This document shows positions 36,763-45,897 of a stretch of DNA of 64,000 nt, in pieces; position 1 is the first letter of the stretch; the number at the start of each line of letters is the position of its first letter. This stretch comes from Candidatus Caldarchaeales archaeon (GTDB taxonomy: Archaea; Thermoproteota; Nitrososphaeria_A; Caldarchaeales; Calditenuaceae). Made by a program: the position numbers and the translations under genes. Location: assembly GCA_039630085.1 (NCBI GenBank), contig JBCNVM010000002.1, positions 84,721 through 148,720 of the forward strand, written 5' to 3'. The notes under the pieces are model-generated. The model saw nothing but the letters and a program-made list of their open reading frames with translations, searched no databases and was not told the origin of the DNA.

Positions 36763-38052
36763 TTATCGGATTGGACCCGCGCCCCTCTTCGTCTCCGTGA
36801 CGAACTGCTCGACCTCCGTCGAGCCCTCCAGCGCCCTCGCGGAGACCTCGCCCCCGGTTATCACGTCGTAGAGCTTGTCGTAATAGTGGGTGCCTACGAA
36901 GGTCTGGTGCTTCGCCGCCCTGTAGCCGGACCTCTCCAGCTCGAACTCCCGCTCCTGGAGCTCCACGTAGGCCGGCATCGCCCTCTGCCTCAGCCCCCTC
37001 GCAAGCTCGAACATCGAGGCGTTGAGCGCGTGGAACCCGGCGAGCGTGATGAACTGGAACTTGTAGCCCATCCTGCCGAGCTCGTCCTGGAAGACCGCGA
37101 TCTCATCGTCGGTGAGGGACTTCTTCCAGTTGAAGGACGGAGAGAGGTTGTACGCGAGCATCTTCTCGGGGTACCTGGAGAGGACCTCCTTCGCGAACTC
37201 CTTCGCGTCGCTGAGGCTGGGCCTCTTCGTCTCGAACCAGATCATCTCCGCGAGCGGAGCGACCTCGAGGGCCCTGTCGATCGCGGCGTCGAGCCCTCCC
37301 CTGAACCTGAAGTACCCCTCGGGAGTCCTGTCGCCGTAGACGTACTTGCTGTCGACGTGGTCGTGGTCGCTCGTGACGTACGACGCTCCCTCCGCGTCTG
37401 TGCGGGCTATCAGGACCATCGGGACGTCCAGGACGTCGGCCGCGAGCCTGGCAGCGACGAGCGTCCTCTTGAAGTTGCTGAGCGGCGCCAGGACCTTCCC
37501 GCCTAGGTGGCCGCACCTCCGCTCGGTCGGGTGCTGGTCCTCCAGATGCACCGAGGCGGCTCCGGCCTCCAGGAACGCGCTGACCAGCTCGAAGGCGTGA
37601 AGCGGTCCTCCGAACCCGGCCTCGCCGTCGGCGATCAGGGGGACGAAGTAGTCGGGGCCGCTCCTCCCCTCGAGGGCCCTGATCTGGTCAGCCCTCCGCA
37701 GTGCCTTCAGGATCCTCCTCACCAGTATGGGGCCGCTGTTGCTGGGGTAGAGACCTAGGTCCGGGTACGTCGATTGGGCCTCGTTGGCGTCCGCCGCGAC
37801 CTGCCACCCGCTCACGTAGATCGCCTCGAAGCCCGCGTCGACCATCTGGACCGCCTGGCTGCCCGTGAGGGCTCCGGCCGCGAAGACGTACGGTCTGGTC
37901 CTGAGGAGGTTCCAGAACTTCTCCGAGAGAGCCTTCGCGATAACGCAAGTAGTGGGCCAGCTGCCCCTCAGCAGCTTAACGTCCTCGAAGGCGTAGGGCC
38001 TCTCGATCCCGCGCCACCGCTCTCCCTTCCAGCCCTCAGCCATGTCCATCAC
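36763..38052 (-). CDS. aceA: Isocitrate lyase
   Basis: AIYVSGWQVAADAN, ADGEAGFGG, EDQ...RRCGHLGGK, ARTDA, LAYNLSPSFNW, FQFITLAGFH. Confidence 0.95.
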   Translation of the reverse strand: MMDMAEGWKGERWRGIERPYAFEDVKLLRGSWPTTCVIAKALSEKFWNLLRTRPYVFAAGALTGSQAVQMVDAGFEAIYVSGWQVAADANEAQSTYPDLGLYPSNSGPILVRRILKALRRADQIRALEGRSGPDYFVPLIADGEAGFGGPLHAFELVSAFLEAGAASVHLEDQHPTERRCGHLGGKVLAPLSNFKRTLVAARLAADVLDVPMVLIARTDAEGASYVTSDHDHVDSKYVYGDRTPEGYFRFRGGLDAAIDRALEVAPLAEMIWFETKRPSLSDAKEFAKEVLSRYPEKMLAYNLSPSFNWKKSLTDDEIAVFQDELGRMGYKFQFITLAGFHALNASMFELARGLRQRAMPAYVELQEREFELERSGYRAAKHQTFVGTHYYDKLYDVITGGEVSARALEGSTEVEQFVTETKRGAGPIR

Positions 38053-38212
38053 ACATCATCCAACCCGTTGATATAACCATTTACGACCCGTTCGCTAGAA
38101 CTTACCTTTTCAACCTGATCCTATACCTTGCTTAAGACCATCGATTCCAACGCGTTACGTGTCCTAACGTTAATCGTAAAGCAGGATATGCCGGTGGGAC
38201 GGAATCCTTCGA

Positions 38213-38851
38213 TCACTTGAGAGGGTTCTCCTTGAGGTACCTTTTGATGACGTAGACCGAGACGAGCAGGAGGAGGATCGTAACCGCGACGTTCACGGGG
38301 AACGGGAACCAGAGGGAGGGAGTAGTGATCAGGGAGATCGCTGCGAGCGTCGTCGGGAGGAGGAAGAAGAGGAGCGCGACGAAGAAGAGGTCGTAGAGCC
38401 TCGAGGAGACGAGCTGCGCGACGGAGTCCAACCAGCTGTCCTTGACCGGAGCGTCCACTGGCTGGGTCTGAAGGGTCGTCACTAGGTCGGCGAAGAGCTT
38501 GCCGTCGGAGGAGTACACGCCGTCGGAGGAGACGAAGGCCACGTTCCTGTCGCCCGACCTGATCACGATCATGCTGGAGGTCGGCACGGCCTCGAAGCCG
38601 TGCATCTTGGCGACCCTCGTCACGGCCCTTATCGTGGCGTCGCTGATCTTGATGCCGAGCTTAGGGTCCGAGTATCCGACCACTATCGGGTACACGGAGG
38701 CCACCTTGTTCACCGTGAACCGCTCGTCCCTGAACGTCGGTGCTTCCTTCATGATCGCGGTCGGGGACGCGCCTTGGGAGAGCTGGGACCGCACCCAGTC
38801 GACGGCCTTCTCGAAGGCCTCGGACATTTCGTCGTCTCGGGATCCGGCCAT
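38213..38851 (-). CDS. Hypothetical protein with two C-terminal TM helices
   Basis: Typical codon usage; hydrophobic C-terminus. Confidence 0.7.
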   Translation of the reverse strand: MAGSRDDEMSEAFEKAVDWVRSQLSQGASPTAIMKEAPTFRDERFTVNKVASVYPIVVGYSDPKLGIKISDATIRAVTRVAKMHGFEAVPTSSMIVIRSGDRNVAFVSSDGVYSSDGKLFADLVTTLQTQPVDAPVKDSWLDSVAQLVSSRLYDLFFVALLFFLLPTTLAAISLITTPSLWFPFPVNVAVTILLLLVSVYVIKRYLKENPLK

Positions 38852-38912
38852 TAATTTTAACGTTCTTTTACAAAGGGTATCCCTAAATTGCCCTGATCAC
38901 GGGCAATTCGAG

Positions 38913-39293
38913 ATGGCTGCGCCTCCGGAGCAGCTGTGGTTCCTCTGGGACCCCTTCATCTTGTACGTGATACTAGTGCTTCTGGCGCCCGACGCGTTCT
39001 ACATCGTCTCGTGGCTGATCTCGCCCAGAAGGTCCTCCAGGGTGAAGAGGATGGCCTTCGAGTCGGGCCAGGCGCCCATCAGGTCGGCGATAGGCTCGTT
39101 CCCCGTCGAGTACTTCCCGTACGTCATCATTTACGTCGCCTACGCCGTCGTGGCCATCCTGGTCTTCGTCTCGCTGGTCTCCGTTGTGGAGACCGGGGTC
39201 ACGCCGCTGGTGCTCCTGCTGCTCGTCCTCGCGACCGTCGCTTCGTTCTACGCGAGCTCTCAGCTGAAGGAAGTGGTGGGGAGGAGGGGTTGA
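38913..39293 (+). CDS. nuoA: NADH-quinone oxidoreductase subunit A
   Basis: Three TM helices; KRMAFESG, VEYFPYVIIY. Confidence 0.85.
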   Translation: MAAPPEQLWFLWDPFILYVILVLLAPDAFYIVSWLISPRRSSRVKRMAFESGQAPIRSAIGSFPVEYFPYVIIYVAYAVVAILVFVSLVSVVETGVTPLVLLLLVLATVASFYASSQLKEVVGRRG

Positions 39294-39297
39294 GGGG

Positions 39298-40350
39298 ATG
39301 ATCGACCTGATCGCGCAGCAGCTCTCGGCCGCGCCCGAGCCGATCAAAACGCTCCTCACCTGGGTCTTCTCCGACGCCTTCATCAAGGCCGCGATATTCC
39401 CGGGAGCGCTCTTCAGCACGATACTCGGGATGTTCGCCGTTTGGTACGAGAGGAAGCTCCTCGCGAGGGTGATGCTCAGGGTCGGGCCGCTCCATGTGGG
39501 GAAGGTCTCGGGCGTGCTGCAGCTGATAGCCGACGCGGTCAAGTTCCTCGCGAAGGAGCCGATAACCCCCTCCTCCGCCATCAAGCCCCTCTTCTGGACG
39601 ATGCCCTCCGCGGCCCTCCTGCTCTCCCTGCTGCTCTTCGCGTTCCTCCCCTTCGGAGCCGGCTGGATCATCTATCCGAGCGAGATCGGCCTCCTGCTCT
39701 TCTTCGCGGTGATAGCGGTCTCGCCGATCCCGATACTGCTGGCCGCCTACGCCTCCGGTAGCAAGTACCCGCTGATAGGGCTGACAAGGATGGCCCTTCA
39801 GCTCTTCGGCTACGAGGTCCCCCTCTTCCTCGCGCTCGCGGGTGTGGTGCTGATGGCCGGGTCGTTCAACATAGAGAAGATCGTGGAGGCCCAGTCCAAG
39901 GCGCCCTTCGTCCTCCCGCAGTTCATCGGGTTCGTCGTCTTCTTCACGGCGGTCCTGGCTGAGACCGAGAGGGTGCCCTTTGACATCCCGACCGCTGAGG
40001 GCGAGATCGTCTTCGGGTGGCAGACCGAGTACTCCGGGGCCCACTTCGTCGTCTTCCAGCTTGCGATGTACGAGAAGGCGCTGGCCCTCTGCGTCCTCGG
40101 GGCGCTCCTCTACCTCGGAGGGTGGCACGGACCTCCGATCCCGTTCCTTCCCGAGACGGTCGCCGCGCCGTTCTGGGTGATCGTCAAGGCGCTGATCCTC
40201 TTCACGCTGATGGTGCTGATCAGGGGAGCCTACCCGAGGCTCTCGATCGACAGGGTGCTGGACGTAGGGTGGAGGTATCTGATACCGCTGGCGCTGCTGA
40301 ACCTGTTGGTCGCGGGCACGATCGTCTACCTCTCGGAGACCCTGGCCTGA
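39298..40350 (+). CDS. nuoH: NADH-quinone oxidoreductase subunit H
   Basis: ERKLLAR..RVGP, ADAVKFLAKE, SKYPLIG, AETERVPFDIPTAEGE, EYSG. Confidence 0.96.
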   Translation: MIDLIAQQLSAAPEPIKTLLTWVFSDAFIKAAIFPGALFSTILGMFAVWYERKLLARVMLRVGPLHVGKVSGVLQLIADAVKFLAKEPITPSSAIKPLFWTMPSAALLLSLLLFAFLPFGAGWIIYPSEIGLLLFFAVIAVSPIPILLAAYASGSKYPLIGLTRMALQLFGYEVPLFLALAGVVLMAGSFNIEKIVEAQSKAPFVLPQFIGFVVFFTAVLAETERVPFDIPTAEGEIVFGWQTEYSGAHFVVFQLAMYEKALALCVLGALLYLGGWHGPPIPFLPETVAAPFWVIVKALILFTLMVLIRGAYPRLSIDRVLDVGWRYLIPLALLNLLVAGTIVYLSETLA

Positions 40351-40692
40351 TCAGCCTCCCTTGAGCCTCTTCAGCCTGAACTCAATCCCAACCGAGATTA
40401 TATTGGCCCTCGAGATCGAGTAGACCGCCTGCTGGACCAAGAGGCCGTGGTCGATGTCGTCGAGCCTGCCGTTGGACTCGGAGACCCTCCTGTCCATCTC
40501 CCTGACGTTGTTGACTAAGTCCCTCAGCCCCGAGAGCTCCGACATCAGCTCCTCCCTCTCGAGCGCCCTGACCCGCTCCGAGGCGTTCCTGACGAACCCG
40601 TAGTCGTCGGTCTCGACGAACGCCCTCAGGTCCGAGATCACCAGCCTCAGCTGCTCCCAGGCCTCGCGGAGCGCCCTCTCCCCCAGCGGCAT
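40351..40692 (-). CDS. Conserved-looking helical hypothetical protein
   Basis: MPLGERALREAWEQL...IEFRLKRLKGG; ATG 40692. Confidence 0.7.
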   Translation of the reverse strand: MPLGERALREAWEQLRLVISDLRAFVETDDYGFVRNASERVRALEREELMSELSGLRDLVNNVREMDRRVSESNGRLDDIDHGLLVQQAVYSISRANIISVGIEFRLKRLKGG

Positions 40693-40784
40693 CGCCGTGA
40701 GCTCTGCGCGGTGGTATTTGAGCCGCTCACGATCCCGCGCCCCTGAACCGTTTTTTAGATGGCCGCCCGCAGGCCGGGAAGGCG

Positions 40785-41642
40785 ATGTCGGCGACGGCGC
40801 TGCTGAGGCCCAGGGAGAGGAAGTCGAGGGAGATCGAGCTCCTCGCGGAGCTGATGTCCTCGAACCCGGTCGTGATGGTGCTGGACCTGACAAGGACCAG
40901 CGCGAACGTCCTCCACGGCTTCAGGGGCAAGGTCAAAGGGACCGCGACCGTTAGGGTGACGAAAAAGAACCTCGCCGTCAAGGCGGCCGAGAGGGTGGGG
41001 AGAAGGGCGCTGGCGGAGCTCCTCTCGGGGCTGAAGCACCCGGTCGGGCTCGTGCTCTCTCCGAAGAACCCGTTCCTCCTGAAGCTGGACGTCGACGCCA
41101 GCAGGATCCTCACGCCGCCTAAGGCCGGAGAGGTGGCGGACATCGACGTGACGGTCCCGGAGATGAACACAGGAATACCGCCGGGGCCGATCCTCTCGGA
41201 GTTCGGGAAGCTCAGGATACCGACGAAGATCGAGGGAGGGACGATCTGGATCGCGAGGGAGACGGTCGTCGCGAAGAGGGGCGACGCGATATCGCCGGCC
41301 CTCGCCAGCCTCCTCAACAAGCTGGACATCCCCGCGGTCTACAGGGGCCTCAACGTCGTCGCCGCGGTGGACGGGGAGACGGTGATCCCCGGCGACCAGC
41401 TCGCCCTGGACTTCGAGGCGGTGAGGAGGGACGTGGCGTCGTGCCACTCGACAGCGAGGGCGCTCCTGATCGAGCTCGGAATCCCCGAGCCCGATGTGAT
41501 CGCGGACCTCCTGGCGGCTGCCCACGTGAGGGCGATGCGGGTCGCGGCCGAGGCCGGTTACGTCACGCCGGACACGGTCGCTTCAGTCCTACAGAGGGCC
41601 GAGGCGCAGGCGAGGGCGCTGGCGGCGGCTATCGGCCAGTGA
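40785..41642 (+). CDS. rplP0: 50S ribosomal protein L10/P0
   Basis: VRVTKKNL, NPFLL, NTGIPPGP, IPTKIEGGTI. Confidence 0.93.
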   Translation: MSATALLRPRERKSREIELLAELMSSNPVVMVLDLTRTSANVLHGFRGKVKGTATVRVTKKNLAVKAAERVGRRALAELLSGLKHPVGLVLSPKNPFLLKLDVDASRILTPPKAGEVADIDVTVPEMNTGIPPGPILSEFGKLRIPTKIEGGTIWIARETVVAKRGDAISPALASLLNKLDIPAVYRGLNVVAAVDGETVIPGDQLALDFEAVRRDVASCHSTARALLIELGIPEPDVIADLLAAAHVRAMRVAAEAGYVTPDTVASVLQRAEAQARALAAAIGQ

Positions 41643-44412
41643 CCTCCTTTATCGCGCCGACGACCTTCCCGTAGAGCTCGCCGACCTTCAGGCCGTAGGC
41701 CTTGAAGCTCAGCTGCCTGAGGCCCGCCTCGACGACGTTGGCGCCCAGAGAGTCCCTCAGCGCGCCGGAGAGTCTCTCTAAGTCGAGGCCGGCAGACACG
41801 GCCTGCCTGTTGAAGGAGATCCACGCCCTGATCGCCTGCCCCTCATGCCTGAAGAGGACGACCACGGTCGGTTCCTGGACGTTGTTGACCGTCTGGAGCA
41901 TCTCGGAGACGAGGTCGTCGTTCCTGGTCCGCAGGTAGTCGAAGACCACCTTCACGCCCTTCACAGTCTCCTCCTTCTGGTACCTCCTGAGGTCGAGCCA
42001 GAGCCTAGCAGCTAGGGCGTAGTGGGACCTGACGCTCGACCTGAGCGACTCGGGGTCTCCGGGGACCTCGGACTCGACCTGCTCGAGGAACTTCTCCGCG
42101 TATAGCTTCAGCTCCCTGTTCTCGCTCCTCAGGCTCTCGAGCTCGCCGCTCAGCTCCGCAACTTGGGACTGGACGTACTCGAGCGCGGCCGGGCCCGCGG
42201 CGAACTCGATCCTCACGACGCCGTCCGCGATCTTCTCGGTCCCTATCACCCTGATGAACCCGACCTCGGCGGTGTTGCTGCAGTGCGTCCCCCCGCAGGC
42301 CTCCGCGTCCCACCCGGGTATGTTCACGACCCTCACGATCCCTGCGGGTGCCTCGCCGCCTTGGTAGAGGGTGAAACCGAAGGTCCGGTCCGCGACGTTC
42401 CTGTGGAGCCAGCTCACCTCGACCGGCAGCCTCCTCGCGACGACCTCGTTGGCGACCCTCTCGATCCTCCTCACCTCCTCCTCGGTGAGGGCCCTGTAGT
42501 GGCTTACGTCGAGCCTGGCCCTCCTCTCCTCCTTCCTCGCGCCCATCTGCCACGCGTGCCTTCCGAGGACCCTCCTCACGGTCCCGATCAGGACGTGGGT
42601 CGCGGTGTGGTGCCTCATGATGCTCAGCCTCCTCTCCCTGTCGACCCTGCCCCTCACGACCTCGCCCGCCTTCGGGAGCGGGCCCTCGACGAAGTGGACG
42701 ATCACGCCGTCGTAGGACTGGACGTCTACGACCCTGCAGCTCCCGGAGCCGTGCTCGATCACGCCGGTGTCCGCGACCTGTCCCCCGCCCTCTGCGTAGA
42801 AGCACGTCGCGTCCAGGACGACCATCCCCCTCTCGGCCGCGAGGACCCTCGCCTCGAAGTCGGTCCTGTACTGGTCGGCGTAGTAGAGCCTCTCGGTCTG
42901 GGGGAGCGACTTCGCCAGCGCGGCGGCCATAATGTCCCTCTGGTCGGCCATCTCGGACTTGGGTGACTCGGAGACGTGCATGCTCGCGACGATCTCCTGG
43001 ACGTTCTCCGGAGCTTCGACCTCGACGCCCCACTTCGCCGCGACCTCCCTCACCAAGTCAGGGGGGAGGCCCCTCTCGTCGTAGAGCCTGATCATCGTCT
43101 CGGTCGTCACCTTGCCTCCGGTGGACTTGAGCTCCCTCATCGCCCTATCGAGGAAAGCGGTGCCCCTCGCGAGGGTCTCGTTGAACCTCTTCACCTCGTA
43201 GTCGACCAGCTCGAGGACATCGTCGCGGGCCTCAGCGAGCTGCTTGAACCTCCTCCCCCAGTGCCTCAGCTGGACATCGAGGAGGTCGAGGACCCTCTCC
43301 TCCGCGCCTAGCCTCTGGAGCGTCCTGTAGAGCCTTCTGATCAACAGCCTCGCGAGGTAACCGACCCTCGTGTTAGAGGGCACGACGCCCTCCGAGAGGA
43401 TGAACGCTATGCTCTTCGAGTAGTCGAGGGACGCGTAGAACCTCTCGAGGGCCTCCAGGTCCTGGAGGACGGGCTCGAGGTCGACCCCCGCCAGCTCCGC
43501 GGCCCTCCTCCGGGCCTCAGCGATCGTGACGGAGCCGCCGGGCTGGATCCACGCCGAGTACCTTCCGTACCTCAGCAGGAACTCCCGGTCGACCGTGAAG
43601 GACCCCAGGAGCCTGGCAGCCTCCGGCACCACGGGACCGTAGACGACCTCGAAGGCCGATGGCGCGCCGTTGCTGAGCCAGGTGAACCTCTCGATGCCGT
43701 AGCCGGTGTCGACGGTCCTGACCGGGAGCTCCTCGAGCCCTCCGTCGAGGACCCTGTAGCTCATGAAGACCAGCGTCGCTACCTCGAGGCCGCCGACGTT
43801 CACCTCGAAGCAGGGGCCGGCGTTGCCGCCTCCGCTCCAGACGCCCTCCTTGTAGACGACGTCATCTTCCCTCACCCCCAGCCTCCCGAGGAACTCGGAG
43901 CAGAGCTCGACGGTCCTGTCCTTCCAGTAGACCTCCTTTCCGGGGAAGTTGAAGGCGTGGGCACCGCCCATCTCGAAGACCGTCATGTGCCTGCCGAGCG
44001 TCAGCCCGACCTTGTCGACGTCGACGAGCCTGATGCAGGGCTGGCTGACCACCAGCGGGTTCGCGGGAGGCTCCATCATCCCCGACGTGACGTGGGGCTG
44101 GAAGTCCACGACGCTAGCGGAGACCAGGTAGAGGTCCCTCCTCCACCTCGGCACCACAGGATACGGGTCGATCGGCTCGTGGCCCCTCTCCGCGAAGAAG
44201 CCGACGAAGGCGTCGCGCATCTCGTCGAGCGTGTAGCTCCTCTCGGTGGGCGGCCTTCCGATGAACTCGTAGGGCACGCAGGGCGCCTCGTTGCAGTTGT
44301 CCCTATCGGGGTCGAGGGTCCAGAAGTGCTTCCCGCAGTGCCTGCACCTCCTCCTCACGAAGCCCCTGGACCTCAGGTACTCGATGTCGTACGCCGATAC
44401 GTCGAACTCCAA
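41629..44412 (-). CDS. alaS: Alanyl-tRNA synthetase
   Basis: SQPCIR, GRHMTVFEM, WSGGGNAGP, VDTGYGIER; editing domain HHTATH and ACGGTH. Confidence 0.97.
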   Translation of the reverse strand: MEFDVSAYDIEYLRSRGFVRRRCRHCGKHFWTLDPDRDNCNEAPCVPYEFIGRPPTERSYTLDEMRDAFVGFFAERGHEPIDPYPVVPRWRRDLYLVSASVVDFQPHVTSGMMEPPANPLVVSQPCIRLVDVDKVGLTLGRHMTVFEMGGAHAFNFPGKEVYWKDRTVELCSEFLGRLGVREDDVVYKEGVWSGGGNAGPCFEVNVGGLEVATLVFMSYRVLDGGLEELPVRTVDTGYGIERFTWLSNGAPSAFEVVYGPVVPEAARLLGSFTVDREFLLRYGRYSAWIQPGGSVTIAEARRRAAELAGVDLEPVLQDLEALERFYASLDYSKSIAFILSEGVVPSNTRVGYLARLLIRRLYRTLQRLGAEERVLDLLDVQLRHWGRRFKQLAEARDDVLELVDYEVKRFNETLARGTAFLDRAMRELKSTGGKVTTETMIRLYDERGLPPDLVREVAAKWGVEVEAPENVQEIVASMHVSESPKSEMADQRDIMAAALAKSLPQTERLYYADQYRTDFEARVLAAERGMVVLDATCFYAEGGGQVADTGVIEHGSGSCRVVDVQSYDGVIVHFVEGPLPKAGEVVRGRVDRERRLSIMRHHTATHVLIGTVRRVLGRHAWQMGARKEERRARLDVSHYRALTEEEVRRIERVANEVVARRLPVEVSWLHRNVADRTFGFTLYQGGEAPAGIVRVVNIPGWDAEACGGTHCSNTAEVGFIRVIGTEKIADGVVRIEFAAGPAALEYVQSQVAELSGELESLRSENRELKLYAEKFLEQVESEVPGDPESLRSSVRSHYALAARLWLDLRRYQKEETVKGVKVVFDYLRTRNDDLVSEMLQTVNNVQEPTVVVLFRHEGQAIRAWISFNRQAVSAGLDLERLSGALRDSLGANVVEAGLRQLSFKAYGLKVGELYGKVVGAIKEVTGR

Positions 44413-44457
44413 TTCCGACCTACCCCAGAAAATGATGGTATAACGGTTTTCCCCGGG

Positions 44458-44796
44458 TCAGCCGAAGAGGGCCGCGAGCCCGGAGAGCGCCTCCTCCTCC
44501 TTCTTCGCCTCTTCCTCCTTCTTCTTCTCCTCCTTCGGGGCCTCCGCGGCCGGTGCGGCCGGCGCGGCCTGGGCGGCGGCCACCGGAGCGGCCACGACCG
44601 GAGCGGCCACGACCGGAGCGGCTGCGGCGGACTTGAGCACCTCGTCGATGTTGATGCCCTGCAGCGCCGCGACTAAGGACTTCAGCCTGACCTCGTCGAC
44701 GACGCCTCCCGCGGCCTCGATCACCCTCCTGAGCCCCTGCTCGTCGATCGGCTTCCCGAGCCTGTGGAGCAGCAGCGCCGCGTACACGTACTCCAT
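44458..44796 (-). CDS. rpl12: 50S ribosomal stalk protein P1/L12
   Basis: [11 protein letters not shown], Ala/Pro hinge, [12 protein letters not shown]. Confidence 0.97.
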   Translation of the reverse strand: MEYVYAALLLHRLGKPIDEQGLRRVIEAAGGVVDEVRLKSLVAALQGINIDEVLKSAAAAPVVAAPVVAAPVAAAQAAPAAPAAEAPKEEKKKEEEAKKEEEALSGLAALFG

Positions 44797-44954
44797 GACC
44801 CGATACCTCCTACTCGTAACACCTCGTCCGAAATATTACTGTATACCGATGAGGCGGCCGCTTCGGTCGTCATGTCCGCTGCGGTCCTTCCGATGACCGA
44901 GCTCAGCGGCGTTTGCTTTAAAAGGTGGGCGTTTTCTGGAGTTCACGAACGACC

Positions 44955-45251
44955 ATGAGATGGAACCACGTGTTACCGTTGGCGTTGATGGGCCTGCTGT
45001 CGGTCGTGCCGGTCGCCTTCGCAGCTGAGGCGGCTCCCGCGGGTCTCATCGACAAGTCGCTCTCCGCGGCGATCGCCTTCGCGGTCGCGGTCGCCGCCTC
45101 GGGCTTCGCGATCTCTAGGGCTGGGTCAGCCGGCCTCGCCGCGTCAGCAGAGAGGCCCGAGCTGAGGACCGTGACGATCATCATCGCGGCGTTCGCGGAG
45201 GCGCTGGCGATCTACGGGATCGCGATCGCGTTCGTCATCCTGACCTCCTGA
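44955..45251 (+). CDS. atpK: A/V-type ATP synthase proteolipid subunit K (c)
   Basis: AGSAGLAASAERPE, AFAEALAIYG; N-terminal signal-like segment. Confidence 0.92.
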   Translation: MRWNHVLPLALMGLLSVVPVAFAAEAAPAGLIDKSLSAAIAFAVAVAASGFAISRAGSAGLAASAERPELRTVTIIIAAFAEALAIYGIAIAFVILTS

Positions 45252-45256
45252 GATCC

Positions 45257-45273
45257 CTGAAGTCCGTCGGCGG
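45257..45273 (+). repeat. 17-nt exact direct repeat of the tRNA-Phe anticodon/intron junction (second copy 45359-45375)
   Basis: CTGAAGTCCGTCGGCGG read at both positions. Confidence 0.9.
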
Positions 45274-45328
45274 ATTTCTGCGTCCTCCGGAACAAACTTA
45301 AATCGATGACGAGGTTCTGTGATCTCAG

Positions 45329-45413
45329 GCCCCGGTAGCTCAGCGGGAGAGCGACCGGCTGAAGTCCGTCGGCGGGGACCGGTAGGTCGTGGGTTCAAGT
45401 CCCACCCGGGGCA
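45329..45413 (+). tRNA. tRNA-Phe(GAA) with 13-nt intron at 37/38 (45365-45377)
   Basis: Acceptor GCCCCGG/CCGGGGC-A; D stem GCTC/GAGC; anticodon stem ACCGG/CCGGT; T arm GTGGG-TTCAAGT-CCCAC. Confidence 0.93.
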
Positions 45414-45462
45414 CGCGGGGCGCGCTCGCAAAGTTTTAACCGGGAGGAGCGGTGAGGTCTGT

Positions 45463-45897
45463 GTGCCGCTCTTCAAGAGGACCGAGAGGGCTGTCGCGAT
45501 CAGGACGGCCGACCTGATGAGCGCGCCGCCGATCACGCTGAGCACCGACGCGAAGATCGACGATGTCCCCGGCGTGATGTGGGAGAACGGCGTGGGGAGC
45601 GTGCTGATAGTTGACCAGAGGGGGAAGCTGGTGGGGATCGTGACCGAGAGGGACGTGCTCTACGCGGCCTCGCACGGGCTCCTGGGGAAGGGCCGACCCG
45701 TCAGCGCGGTTATGTCGAAGGACCTGACCGTTGCGACCCCTGACGAGGACTTAGCCTCCGTGATAGAAAAGATGCGGGACTACAACGTCAGGCACATCCC
45801 GGTCGTCGACAGCGAGGGCAGGCCGGTCGGCGTCGTCTCCGCGAGGGACGTCCTGGACTACGCCGTCAAGCTGATCAGCCTCTTCATGAGAGCCTAG
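45463..45897 (+). CDS. CBS-pair protein
   Basis: LVGIVTERD, RHIPVVD, GVVSARD. Confidence 0.92.
   Translation: MPLFKRTERAVAIRTADLMSAPPITLSTDAKIDDVPGVMWENGVGSVLIVDQRGKLVGIVTERDVLYAASHGLLGKGRPVSAVMSKDLTVATPDEDLASVIEKMRDYNVRHIPVVDSEGRPVGVVSARDVLDYAVKLISLFMRA

Noticed and set aside
44566-44621. Tandem 15-nt repeat GGCCAC(G)ACCGGAGC
   Set aside because: Encodes the APVVA hinge of P1/L12; not CRISPR or mobile DNA.
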